Positions 12,422 to 25,452 of a stretch of DNA of 64,000 nt are shown in pieces. Source of the stretch: Guillardia theta CCMP2712 (Eukaryota; Protista; Cryptophyta); the NCBI RefSeq assembly GCF_000315625.1, contig NW_005434555.1, positions 110,225 through 174,224 of the forward strand, given 5' to 3'. The notes beneath the pieces are model-generated. The model worked only from the letters and a program-made list of their open reading frames with translations. It ran no database searches and was not told where the DNA came from. Position numbers and translations under genes: made by a program. The number at the start of each line of letters is the position of its first letter. The first letter of the stretch is position 1.

Positions 12422-13058
12422 TCCGGGCCCTCTCCTGCCCCTCAGCGTCCTGCTTCGTGTCCATCCCTGCACCTGTTTCTTCCTCCGGGCCTGCCCCTGG
12501 CCTGCGGCCCCCTCAGTCCTGTCCTTGACAACACTTGGCAACCAGCTCCTTCGCTCCTCTTCCGCTCCTCCTCCGTTCCTCTTCCGCAAATCATTTATGC
12601 TCTCTGCCTGGTATTTGTCTCCCTCCTGTGCTCTCTCCGCTCCTCCCTCTTCCATGCATGGAGCACTTCGTTCTTTGCATCCAGACGTGTAATGGGTCCA
12701 GCTTGCTTCGTTTGGAGAGGTCGCAGGAGAAAACGAAAATGGATGGATAGTGACGAGGCCGGATAGAATCCTACTATATTCTACTCTCTACCCTCACATC
12801 TCACTTGAATCCTCTGTTTTCCCATATCGACAGAAATTAGCACAACGTTTTAGCGTAAGAGGAGCGAAATATGTTTACATGAGAAAGATAAGATACAAAA
12901 ATGAAGTTTCCTCGAGCATGTGTTCACCACAAAATCCGAACTGACATTTCATAACCAGTCTGTGTGTTTGTATGACAGCTGAAGTTTCTGGACAGCTCAA
13001 AGGACTTGTTATGGTCTTCGAATCGTGTTGTCATCTCTTTCGAGTTCATTCACATTAG

Positions 13059-16000
13059 TTAGTACGATTGGTTTACATCCTCCCGCCTCGTCAGACTCTT
13101 GTCTGTTGTTTTGTCATCCATTTCAATTCTCCTCCTCAGTATCCTCAGGGCTGATCCGATGCAGCAAACGTTTAAGCTGAGCACGCGTCAATCGATGGAG
13201 AAAAGCGTATCAAGAGGAGGGAGGGAGAGGTGGGGGAGAAGGAGGAAGGGAGGGGAAGGAGAGAGAAAGAGAGGTGGGGAGGAGTTGGAGGAGAGAGGGA
13301 GGGGTGGGGAGGAGTTGGAGGAGAGAGGGGAGGGAGGCAGGGAAGGGATGAGGAGGAGACTCACTGAATCAAGGTTTTGCGGGCTGTCGATGTACATGTG
13401 TAGAACCGCACGGACATGAGCGAGGATGGCGTCAAGAGAAGCACACTCCTCCTCTGAGCGCTGTAGGGACCAGTCAGAAAGGACTTCCTCCTCCTCCTCC
13501 TCCTCCTACCTGCAAGTTGTGACGAAGGGCAGCGAGCTTCTTCTCTGCCTTCTCTCGCATCCTCTCCTCCGCTGCTTCAGCCTGCATGCCAGTCTCATCC
13601 AAAGTTCCACTCCTCCTCCTCCTCCTCTTACCTGACCCCGTCGGATGTTGCTATCTTCCAGCTCAGCTCGCAAGCTATCTCGCTCAGGGCGCAGCTTCTC
13701 GTTCTCCTCCTGTAGTTTCTGACGCTCCTCCGACACTGTGGCCAGTTGCATGCTCGAGCTCTCCGCCTCCGTCCTCAGCGCCTCCGCCTCCTCCTTCAGC
13801 TGCATCCACTCCCTGCTCTTCGCCTCGACCTCCTCCTCCAAGTCCTTCTGAGACTTCTCCAGCGCATCGATGGTCTTCATGCACTCCTCCTGCGTCCTCC
13901 TGAGCTCTGTCACCTCTTCCTGCAGCAGCGACGCCCGAGCCTCGCTGTCCTGCAGCTGCTGCGACCTCCTCTCCTCCTCCTCCAGCAGCTTTGCCACCTG
14001 CTCCTTCAGCTCGTCACGGCGCGAGGAGAAGCTCGTCAGGAGGCTCTCGACGGAGCAGGCGAGCCCGACGAGCAGGGCGCGAAGTTCGTGGGACGTCTTC
14101 GTCTCCGCCAGCTGTTGCTCGTACGAGTCTTCCCGCCAGTGCTGCCGCAGCTCGGGGTCGATCATGTCCGTCTCCTCCTCCTCTCCCGCAACCTCCACAG
14201 CCACACGCGTCAGCCGCACGATGCCGCATGCTGCCGCCATCTTCGCCGCCATCTCCTTCCTCTCAGCCTCCTCCACCTGCTCCTGCGCTGCCTCCACCTG
14301 CTCCTGCGCCTGCGCCAGCGACTTGGTGAGCTCGTCGAGCGCCTCCTGTGTCGCGCTCCTCTCGGAGTCGTTGAATGCCTCTGCATCCTCCATCGCTGTC
14401 TGCAGCTTCTTGAGCTCGGCCTCCTGCTTGGCCGCCTCCTCCTCTAGCTCCCTGCACCGATCCTCCTTCGCCTGCATCGCTGCCATGGTGTCGCTGAACA
14501 CAAGGTCGTTCTGCTTCGTCGCCTCCTCCAGCTCTATCACCCTCGCTCTCAGCTCCCCCAGCTCCGTCTCTTTCTTTTCCAGCTGAGCCAGGGCTGCCTC
14601 CGCCTCCACCTTGTCCAGGGTCGCCGCCAGGGCCTGCTGGACCTCCTGCTGGGCCGCGCGAGCCTCCAGCTCCTCGACCGACTGAGCCAGCCCGTCTCTC
14701 TCCTCCTCCGCCGCCGTCAGCATCATTTTCAGCTCCTCCTCGCGCTCTGCTGCTTCCTCGCGCAGCCTGGAGAGCTCCTCCTTCATCTCAGCCGCGTGCT
14801 TCTCTCGAAGCTTTTCTTCAACCTCCTCCATCTCCGCACGGAACTGCGTCACGATCAGCCCCACTCCTCGTCCCTCCTTCCCCTCCCCTCCCTTACCTTT
14901 GCGATCATCTTCTGCTCGTTCTCTTCCAGCTGCTGCGCGTACTCGCCCTGCGCTTGCAGCTCCTCGACCAGCTCGAGGTACTTGTCATGCAGCTGGGTTG
15001 CAGGTCAGCAACAGCTGGGAGGGTGCGGGGCTCGCATCACCTCCTTCCTCTCCTCAAGAGCTCGGGTCTTCATCCTCACGAGCTTCGTCATGTCCCTCTG
15101 CATCCTCCTCGTCTGTCGCGACCACTTCGCCACTTTTGCCTCCTGCTCATCGAACCCTCGTCATCTCCTCCATCCTTCTTCCTCCGCCTCCTCCTTCACA
15201 CACCGCCTCAAGCTTGATGGCCTTTGCCTGCTCGACAATCTCGAGCATGTCCCGGGAGTTCACCTCCAGCTGGTCGACCTGCTGGGCTTGCAGGGTTCGC
15301 ATCTCCACCACTTGCCGTGCGTAGGTGACCCACTTGCTCACAAGCGTCTCGAGCTGCAAGTGAAGTCAAGAGGTAGTGGAGGGAGGGAGAGTGGAAGTAG
15401 AGGAGGAGAGGGAGGAGAGGAAGGAGGAGGAGAGGGAGAAGAGGGAGGAGGAGGACCTGGGAGGCCTTCTGTACGGCTTCTTTGTATCGCTCCTCGTAGT
15501 CTCCAGCCTTGAACTTGTCGCTCATCTCTTGCATCTCCTTCTTGTGCCGCTTGTACATGATCCGCATGTCGTTCTCAGCATTCTGCCGTTGAACGATCAG
15601 CAAAGAAAGAGGAGGAGAGGAGAGGAGGGGGAGGAGCTTCACCTTGGTGGCTAGGATCTGCTCGTCAAGTTGCTTCTTGAGTGACGCCATGGAGTTCTCG
15701 TGCAGTCGCTTCACCTCCTCAGCTTCGCTCAGGTGCTGCTTGGCGGCTTCAAGCTCCTGCTGTACAGCCATCCCTGCTGCATGCCCAGCTTCCTCCAGGT
15801 TTTTGACCTGAGGGATCCAGAGAATCAAATGGACGGCCCCTCCTCCTCCTCCTCCTCCTCCTCCTCAATAAGTCCTTCCTCCGTTCTCTCGCCCTCTGCC
15901 TTCTCCCGATCATCCTCTTACCTGCTGCTTCATAGAATCATTCTCAAGCTGCAGGGCTCGTAGCTCCTTGGACAGCAACTCGAGCTTGTCCGAGAGCGCG

Positions 16001-17188
16001 TCGCTCCTGCGCCTCTCCTCGTCCAAGTCCTTGATCCTCTCCTGCAGCGCGATCTCGCAGCTTTGCGCGTACTCTTGCTTGACGAGTCAGAGTGGAAAGA
16101 ACCATCAACGCTTCTCACCTTTCCTCTCCTCCCGCTCTCGCTTGCTGGCATCCAGCTCCTGTCGAAGAAGGTCGTTCCTGATGATCAGGCTCTCTGCTCT
16201 CTCCTGCAGAGCCGAGGGAGACAGCTGCTCTATCTCTGCTATCACTCTGCTGGGTGTCTTGTGGAGGTTGCGGCCTACAACTCGTTCAACAACAAGAAAG
16301 TCAAGTGCAGGGGGGAGAAAGATACATGGTTCCAAAGCAGGAGGGAAGGTGCAAAGAGAAGAATGGAAGAGAGGAGGAGAAATTCTCACCAGGGGTGCGG
16401 GAAGGAGTCTTGAAGACGGAGAAATTCTCGGTGCTCCTGTTGTCCACGCAGCCGCCTTGGTTCCAGTTGCTGGCCCAGAGTTTCTTGACAATCTCCTCCA
16501 ACTTCACGATCTCTTCCATGGACTTGTGGACTGCAAACTCGATCCTCTCATTCTCGAGCCTGGAGGACGACTCTGCTGGGCCAGAGCTCGCCGGCCTTGC
16601 CAGCCCTCTTGACTCTCCTTCAAGCAGCTCCAGCTTCTCCAACAGCTGGTTGTATTCGGACTTGAGCTCTAGGTATTCACTCTCCTGACGGTTCAAGAGC
16701 TCGCTCTGGGCCTTCACTTTGGCACGGAGATCGTCACGATCAGCTTGAGAATCTCTCAGCTCCTGTTGCATCGCATTCATCCGATTCTCCTTCTCCTGCA
16801 TCGTTGACTTTTGCTCCTCAAGCTGAGCCGTCACCTGCTTCAACATGGTGCACTTCCTCTCGTAAGTCTTGAACAGCTCAGATCCCTCTGTCTGCAGGCT
16901 CTCATACGAGTTCTTCCACTCTGATGACTCCTCTGCTGTGTTGATCAGCTCGACCTTGAGCTGCTTGTTGTGCTCATGAAGCTCGTCATATGCTTTCCTC
17001 AGCTCCTCGTAATCATCCAGAACTTCATTCAGCTTGTTTGACAGGAACTCCTTCTCAGAGCTCATATCCTCTAACTTCTTAGTGACACTCTCGTCTTCTT
17101 TCGCATGGTTGCTGCGCTTTGCTATCGGTTCGCTCGCCGGTTTGTTGTGGTCGAGTGCTTGAAGAGCAGGTCGCACGTTCTCGCTCAT
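13059..17188 (-). CDS. Large multi-exon coiled-coil protein of unknown function
   Basis: E/K/Q/L-rich heptad ORFs 16301..17188, 15208..15828, 15147..15359 and 13506..14864, separated by CT-rich GT-AG introns. Probable last exon ends EDVNQSY-stop near 13059. Confidence 0.7.
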
Positions 17189-17671
17189 GCTGTCCTAGAG
17201 CACAGTTCACTGTGCAAGGATGATGATGAAGGTGCTTCAAGGAGGACAGGGGGAACTCAAGGCAGCAGCTAAGGGCGGCGAGCAGCGACAACAGACAAGC
17301 GCGAAGACGACTAGGGGGCGATTGGGCAAGGAAGGGAACACGCGGACCCTGAGGCACAAAACTGGGGGTAGGGTAGTCTGCATCGGTACCCAGATTGAGA
17401 TAACCCTACCTATAAAAGACCTTACCATGTCATATGAAAGTAGGGGTTAGTTCAAACCCACCAGGTTCGAATAAGGGTAGGGTAGGCTCAAACAGAGGGG
17501 TAGGTCTCCTGAGGCGTGTTAATAAATGCCGTTCGAATTTTGAAAAACCGTAAATCGGTTCAAATCGATTTCTGATCGATTTAATTCCACGAGCCCACAT
17601 CGATTCAAATCATTCACAAGAATCGATTTGAATCGAGTTGCGCAACAAACTCCAGGATCTTTCTCTATGCC

Positions 17672-18600
17672 ATGCTCGCGGTCCGAGCAGTGCGAGGAGG
17701 AGGGGGAGGAGAAGTACGGCGCTTCTGCTGCTCTTTCCCTGCTCTAAGAGATGTAAGAATGGTCGACTCAAGTCCTCTGGGCAGAGGCCTGTGCTCCTCG
17801 TCTCAGAGCCACGTCTTCACATGTAATGCTGTAGTTGCGCCTGTTTTGTCGGGTACATTTACTGACCCTGTTTGACCGCTGTAGCCACATGCCCGTACCG
17901 CATACTTGGCGTGAACAACACGGCGGAGCTATCTGAGATCAAGAGCGCATACCTCTCGCAGGTTCCAGCTCTTCTCTCTTCTCTCGTAACGATGCTCAGG
18001 GCCCTGTTGCAGGTGAGGAAAGTACATCCAGACATGAATCAAGATGACCCGCAGGCTTGCATGAAGTTCGCCAAGGTAAACTTGCTATGAAATGGCCCAA
18101 CAACTAGGAGCGATGCGATGAGAGCGCTCATGACGACACCGTAGGTCCACTCCGCGTACGAGCTTCTCAACAACCAAGAGAAAAGTGAGCTCGGACGGTT
18201 GTTGCCGCTCTCCGACGCCACTGATGCATGTCAGGGCTGAGATACGATCACGGACTCATCGACGTTCATGGTGATCCTCTTGCCTCCTCCTGAGCTCTCC
18301 TCCTCTGACGCGAGCAGGACGGGATGTGCCGCAGGCCTTGAACCCCGACAACGTCCAAGAGATGCTGTGGCGGCAGGTGCGGCCCTCCCTCCCATGAGCA
18401 GCGAACCGGTGACGAGAGAGCTCAGGTCATGTGGGAAGGACGAGGAAGCATCAAGGAGTTCGGTAGCTGCCATCCTGCTTGTTGATCGAGTGACGGAGGT
18501 TGGGCAGGGATGGTTCTGCTGTTCCTGACTGTCGTCGTGGGGATCGATGAATTGTCAAGGACGGACTTGCGCTCGGCTGTGAGCGCCAACGATGATAGCG
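17672..18600 (+). CDS. Small J-domain (DnaJ/Hsp40-type) protein with an Arg-rich, possibly mitochondrial, presequence; 3' end approximate
   Basis: Spliced translation CPYRILGVNNTAELSEIKSAYLSQ/VRKVHPDMNQDDPQACMKFAK/VHSAYELLNN contains the HPD motif. Confidence 0.8.
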
Positions 18601-18899
18601 AAGCGTCGGAGGTGGCAGGAATGTCGAGGAGCGAGCCAGAGTTTGTATAGTTCATGTAGTGTACACGCCTGTTCATAAATCTCCTTGCAATCAGGAGGAA
18701 TGCCACCCCCCAGCCCCCTCCTCCCCCGCTCCCTTGTCTCCCATGGCTGCATATTCCTCCTCCCCCCTCTCTAGCTCTGCTGCTCCTTGCTCCGCTCCTC
18801 TCACAAGGAAGGGCCTCCCTTAGAAGGCCATAGAGGACCCGGACGAAGCGCAGCGTTAGCCCATCGCGTCCGCACAACGTGGAGGATGGGTGGGATCGC

Positions 18900-21800
18900 C
18901 TATCAGCCGATAAGTTTTCCCCCTTTCTTCCTCTCCATCACACGTCCTGCAGCCCCCAACCCCTCCCCCTCCTACTCACCTGCGATGCTTGCGGTCGCCA
19001 ACGATCGCTGCTATCGATGTGCGACTGCGGTAAAAGGCGTTAACCTGAACAAGGACCCTGCGAGGGGGAGGGAAGAGAAACCTTGATCTGCATGGGCAGA
19101 CGACCGTACTCGAGCCAAAGGCACCTGATGTGCCAAGTCACGGCAAGCAGGGAGCAACACGGATCAACCTTCCGCTGACTTCCAGGGGCTGCTGACAAAC
19201 TTTGCATATGACTGAATCTGTGAAAAGCGGATCCAGTGAGGGGGGTGGGGAGGAGACAGTGTGTCTTGAGGAGAAGGTTTAGAATGAGGAGAAAGACAAG
19301 GAAGCGGTCGTGGTAGTGGAGGGGAGGAGGATGCGAGAGTGGACGAAGAGGGATATGACGAGGACATGAACAGGGGGAAGCGGAGGAGTTGGTTTAGGAG
19401 GGGAGGTGGAGGAGGAAAAGCTCACCAGGATCGTTGACTGCGCACAGACAGCTGGCTTGAAAGTTAGCGATGTCTTCCAGCAAGGGGGATGAGCTCACTT
19501 AAAGTAGTCTTGCTCAGACATGGAGCTCTGCGAGCAGCGGAGGGAGCAGCCTCGGCATCGCCATTTCTCGTCTTCACTCTGCCTCACAAGCTCACACAGC
19601 AGCCACTGGAACAGCCTTACTAGTTGCCTGCCGCACGGTAGAGAGGGGAAGGTAGTGCGCGTCATCAGCTACACGCCTGCAGGCTCAACTTGACGAGCAG
19701 CAAGGGGCACCTCTCCTCCCTCACCTGCTGACGATCTGTGGGAGCATCCCTGGAGCTTTGAAAAGTTTGAGACAGCAGCAGACCAAGGAGAGGAGAGACG
19801 AAGACAACAAAAGAGGTAACTACGAGGAGGAGGAGGAGGAGGAGGAGGAGGAGAAAGTACCTATCCTAATCACATGCTTGTCCGTAGGGACGATTATGTC
19901 AGGAAGATGTTTCTTGCTGTCATAGTACATCGCAGAGAAGAGAACATTGGCCTCCGTCTGTCAACCGCCTGTGAGAATCTCCCTCCCCATCTTCCACCCT
20001 CCCCCTCCTCATTCCTCAACCCCCCTCCAGCCTTTTTCCCTCCTAATCGTCTCCCTCTCCGTCCCCTCCTCCTCTTGATCCCTCTCCACTCCAGCCCCTC
20101 TCAGTCCTCCTCGCCCCTGTGTTCCTCCTCACCCTTGCTCCTCTTCCTCCAGCTCCTCCTCATCCCCTTACCTGCGGGTCCAGAGCTATCTCGAACTCGG
20201 TGGAGTGGCCGTCCGAGAACTCCCTCTTGTTCGTTACATGGAAACCTCCTTTTACCTGCAGCGAGATCAGAGCCCTGAGGCGGAATGGTTCAGTCCCACC
20301 TCGACCGTCTCCAGCGAAGGAGGGATCGGATACTGCCAAGTCGCTCAGTGCAGATGGGAGGAGGGGATAGAGAAGGGAGGAGGGCAGAGAGGGGGGAGAT
20401 GGGTGGGAGCAGGGAGATCGGAGGAGGGAGAAAGGAGGAATCAGAGGGAGGAGGCAAATCAGGGTGAGGGAGGAAGGAGAATGGAGAGGCAGCAGGGAGA
20501 CGCGGGGAGGGAGAACGAGGACGGAGGGAGAACGAGGAAGACGGGAGAAGTGAGGGGGGAGACGGGGAGAGGAGGAGGAGGAAGAGGGAAGGAGGGAGGA
20601 GGGAGAGGAAGGATGATGAGCACCATGGGGACGGCGGAGCAGCACAAGAGGAGCTCAAAGTTATCCGTAAGCTCACTGATGTCCTTGCCCAACGGTCTCC
20701 ACTCGCCTGATGGGTCAAACGTCAAACTTGCCTTGCTGGGAAAAGATACAAACTCACTGCTCGGGTTTCTCCTCCAGTGAACAGACTGCACAGTGTCCTC
20801 GTTGCCGATCATAAACTGAAGGGTCTGCAACGTGTCAACTCTCCTTCTCGCTCCTCTTCCACTCCTCGTCCTCCTCATCTATCGCCCTCACCTTCACCAT
20901 GTCGGAGGTGTCATGAGCACGCAGCAATCTTGGCCCAGCGTTGATCAGGTCCAGCCCGTTGGGTCCGCTCTTGGACGTCTGAATCAGCACAGAGCCGACC
21001 TTGACCTCGCGCTTGTCAAACAGCTCGCCTTGTCCCCAAGGTACCTGGTCACACATGCTCACTATCCAAGCTTCCTCCTCCTGTCCACTTCTCACATCGA
21101 TCTCCTTCGGTACACCCTCTGGCGTAGAAGAGTGATCCAAGCTCCACTTTCTGAAGCACAGTCAACCACAACCCGCCTCACTGCCAGGCTGTCGGCAGAC
21201 ACAAGTTACCTCCTCGAGTCCATATCGTCGATTGGGTTTCCATCCTGATCGAAGCTGAAAGACATGAAGAGCTTCGACAGCCTTGGGCCCTGCGGCAGAC
21301 ATTACGCGCTTCCATGCTGATAAAACTTGCGTACAGAAGGAGGAAGTCCATTGTAGTGCTCCAACACAAACTCTCCTGCCATCCCTCCTGTTCTCCGTCG
21401 TCAATCTCTGACATCTCTTGACTTCTGCCAACACTCACCGCTAGGGACTCTCCTGTGTTTCCTTATCTTCACGCTGTCCTGGTCCTCCTTTTGGGAGGGC
21501 TCAGGCAAGCGCAGCAGCCCCTTGCTTCTCGCTATGAGCACGGTGTAGTGACTCCCACCATGAACGACCCAGATAGGAACCTGAGAGAAGCAGTGAGAAC
21601 GAGCAGCAGCTTGCAATGGCATGCTCACCTTCGGGGTCTTGTAGTTCGTGCCCACGACGGAGTGATCCTTCCAGTTTGCCGGGGAACTGAGAGGCTTCGA
21701 GTTCTCGGTGTAGGTCAGGAAGCCGATCATACTCTTTGCCTTGGGCTCAAGATCAGGGGTGGCGTGTCCAATGAGCAGGAGGTTGACGAGACTCTGCTCG

Positions 21801-23837
21801 CAGAAGAACGCGTCCGATTCCAACACGATTAGCGAGTAGCCATTGGGGTGAGGGTGGCAGCTGCTCGACATAGGCAGCTTACCCTTGTTCCCCGTCTCCT
21901 CCCACACTCTATGGAGCCCATGGGTCAAGACAGCTCCGTAGACCAGCAGCACGACTCCTCCAGGCTTCACAAACATGTCGAGTGAAGACCTCACCAGCTT
22001 CTCCAGCTGATCGTAGGTAGAACATTGAACCACCCGCAAACATCGCCAGTCCAGCAGATCCTTCAGCTGGTCCTCAACAATGACGACCTTGCAACGGGAG
22101 CTCTTGTCGGGCCTTGCACGCCACAGGATGGACGAGATCGCAGTCACAAGGCTTCTCGTTGACACGTCATCCAGAACCTCCCTGTCCAGCTTGTCCCAGT
22201 CCATGCAGTCCACGTTCTCGTCTTCTTGCACGTCTGGCCACACGATACACTTGAGCAGCTCTGCCTGTACAGCTGCGAGAACACCGCAAGGCCCACTGCG
22301 ATGCTGTAGCAGGCCAAACTGAAACCGTCCCCCTCCCCCCATGACCTTGTCGGGGGTCACAAACTCCAGACCCTGCTGGCCCCAGCTTTCGTGTAAATTT
22401 TGCAAGAGCTGTGGATCTTCGAGGTTGAATCTGGGCCAGACAACAGAGCTGAGCATGACTGCTTCCGATTCTTTGAGGACGCTCTCTACGTTGCCGGTGA
22501 TAGCTCGCTGCAGCAATGCCTTCTCTGGCAACCTCAGCTGAAACCTGTCGTGCCCCATCATCGAGACTTTGCTGTAGATCTCTGTCACTCCATCCTCGGT
22601 GATATCACAGTTGTTGTCAAGGTCAAGCTCCGTCAAAGTCATATTCTGCATCACTGCATCTACGATAGCTGACGCACCTGCGTCACTGATACTGTTGTTG
22701 GTGAGAAGTAGAGTAGTGAGGGTTGTGTTTGTCTTCAAGGATGAGCTGATCATAGTGGCTGCTTCGTCTGTCAAGCCTCCTCTAACACCATCCATTGAGC
22801 ATCTCAAGTCAAGATGTTTGATCGTCTGATTCTGTTTCAATGGATTCAACATGGGGAATATGTCAGAGTCACTGAACTGCAGCTCGATCTTTGTATCTTT
22901 CAAATCTTCATAGATGCCCTCGGAATCATTTCGAACCAAGCTCTCTGCGATCGATTGGATCGAGATGCCTGCTTCTTCATCGAATTCTTGTGACTCAAGC
23001 TTCTCTGTGGCGATCTTGATCGCGTCCTTGGTGACTTTTCGAAGTGACATCGCTGTACGAACCCGCTGCACCCACGCGTCTCGATCCCATTCGGTCTCAC
23101 ACATGAGGTGGATCGTTCGCTGCGTCCATTTGGTGTTTGACACATCCACTTTCAACCCTGCTTGCCCATTCCCTGATGGCGCCGGATAGTCAGGAATATC
23201 AGGAGGCTCTGGGGACGTGGCCTCCTTGGTGGAGCCAGCTCCTCTGATCCGAGGCGGAGACAGCGTTCTATCAAGCAACCCGTTCCACATGCTCCTTGTC
23301 GACCTCGAGTTCGGAGAGTCAGAATGCCTCGGAGAATCAGGACCTAGCTTCGACAACTTGTTCAGCCCATCCATCACCTGGATCTGGAACTCCGTGGGCT
23401 TTGCACCAGCAGACACGCTCATAATGCTGTCCATGTCGAATACTCGTCGAGATTCCGATTCTGGAGTGTGAGAGTACCTCAAACTTGTACCCTCCAGCAC
23501 AAACCAGCGCTTCTGCCACTTCTTTCCCAGCATTCCCTCCGCTTGCTTGTTGAGCCAGCCTTCCCGTCCATTTCCATTCCAAGTGAACATCCTCTGAATA
23601 GGAATGGCGAGCGCGAGGTAACTATTGCAGGCAGGGGGCTCTAAGGAATCACAGCATCATCGGCAGTGTTCAAAGAAGCATCTGCATCCTGCCAAGTCAG
23701 ACTAGCAAATACGACTATTCCTGCATCAGCCCCGAAGTTGGTAGAGCCGCAATCGCTCTAGCCCCAACTGCGAAAGAGCGTCAAGAACACACGAGGATGG
23801 AGCTAGTCGTGGTGAGAAAGGTGCTGGCGCTCGCCAT
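18900..23837 (-). CDS. MINDY-3/4-type (DUF4205) deubiquitinase with N-terminal PH domain, RNI-like LRRs and a C-terminal Cys4 zinc finger; ends approximate
   Basis: PH: REGWLNKQAEGMLGKKWQKRWFVL...WVQRVR. LRR: NTTLTTLLLTNNSISDAGASAI. MINDY: GLLQHRSGPCGVLAAVQAELL (Gln/Cys) and PIWVVHGGSHYTVL (His). Downstream exons give EKWRCRGC (~19545-19570), VICKVC (~19195-19212) and LWLEYGRLP (~19095-19120). Confidence 0.8.
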
Positions 23838-25452
23838 TTGACCATGTGGCTCTACCTTAAGGCAAAGGGGCATGGAGACATCTGAATTTATCATTCCCTG
23901 AACTTGAGGCTCTTACCGAGACCTCATTCGAACAGCGTGAAAACCTACAACCTTTCTCTGATACCAGCAAAGACAAGCGCAACCGAGGGTATCTTCTCAT
24001 CTAGTATGCTATTACAATGTCTGGAGGATCAATCCAACGAATCAAATTCCCTCCCTTTCTTTGCCCTCACACTAATTCATTTCAAATTTTGCCAGCGGCT
24101 TCTTCAGCTACAGATTCAAGTTACTCTTGTCTTTGACCGAGGAAGGGTCCATGTTACTTCAGCTGTAATCAAAGTTTCCAAATGCAGCATCGTCAGCAAG
24201 AATTTTTCTCTAGGTATCACAGATATTCCATTCTCCTCAATGCCGAGCTCCAATTTTCATTCTCAAAGACCTTTCTCTCCTAATCCCCATCATTCGAATC
24301 CTCATCCTATGGATCTTCAATTTCTTCCCAATCCTATCCCTCGTTTGAGCCCCTACCAAAATCATCCCTCCTCCTACTACTACTACCTCCCCCCCCCCTC
24401 CCTCCTTCCCTCCCTCCCTCCCTCCTCCCCCCTCTTGCTCTGCTCCCCTCCACTTTCCCGCATTCCTTTCCAGCAACCCCTACCCCATTCTACTTTACCC
24501 GACCCCCTAATATGTCACACCTACCCCCTGTTTCTGCCTTACCCTACCCATTCTTGCTATACCTCCAACATCACAGTACAAATTGTACTACCCCTACCTC
24601 CCTAGAATGGCCCCACCCTCCACCTCTGCTCCTAAACCCCCCTCACACAAACAACCAAATTCAAGCCCCCACCCCACCCCACCCCACCCCACCCCACCTC
24701 TAAAGCTATTGGCAGAGACCCCTGCCACCCCCCAATTTCCACAGAAATACCCCTACCCTGCTACAACTCTTTACCCCTACATTCGCCACCTGACGCCGCC
24801 CCATGCTCCTTCTCCAGTCCCCAAATTGCCCACTCCTGAGCTCCCCTCCTCCCCCCATCGCCCACTGACTCAGTCGGGCCCGGCCCGGACTCACACGGTG
24901 TCGGGTAGCCTAGTAGTACGGTCGCCGCAGGGCCCCCGGGCCGGGCTACCGTACAGGGAGGCTCCGCCGCCGCCCGGGGCTGCCGGGGGCCGGGCCCGGC
25001 GGGCCCCGGAGGCTCTACCGGGCCTAAACAATCGCGAGCCCGCCCCTGTCAGAGTGTAGCGAAGTACTAAGAGCAGGTAGGGGCTTGGCTCTTGGGATGA
25101 TAAGAGTATTTATGCAGTAGAGTAGGCATAGAAAGTGGGCAAGAATGGAAGCCAGAATGAGAAGACTCTCAGAACGAGAGAGTAAGAGAGGAGGAGGAGA
25201 GGGGAAAAGAGAGAGAGAGAGGGAGCTAGAGGTGCCATATATTTGGGGTAATGCCTACCCCAAGGATGCTTCCTCTGCCAGCCGGGTCATGCCATCTGAT
25301 CAGTGCGAATAGTCGTAATGGAGAACCGTTCCAGTACAGACGGTTACAAATTCTCAGTTTGGGCCCGGCAAGTCTGGGCTCTGATATATGATCCATGTGA
25401 TCCGTCAATGACAGCGAGTCCGCCGGACTGGCATGCGGCATCGCTTCTTGCG

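Noticed and set aside
11943-12692. ORF with PPQLLPIL repeats as a real protein
   Set aside because: Produced by a 24-bp minisatellite and low-complexity flanks; no other coding signal.
13586-14586. Long plus-strand Ser/Leu-rich ORFs (likewise 37731-39694)
   Set aside because: Antisense shadows of GAG-rich coiled-coil exons.
17461-17480. GGTTCGAAT as a tRNA T-loop or B-box
   Set aside because: No pairing T-stem or cloverleaf around it.
17363-17505. GGGTA/GGGTTA words as interstitial telomere repeats
   Set aside because: Not a tandem array of a fixed unit; treated as part of the skewed intergenic tracts.
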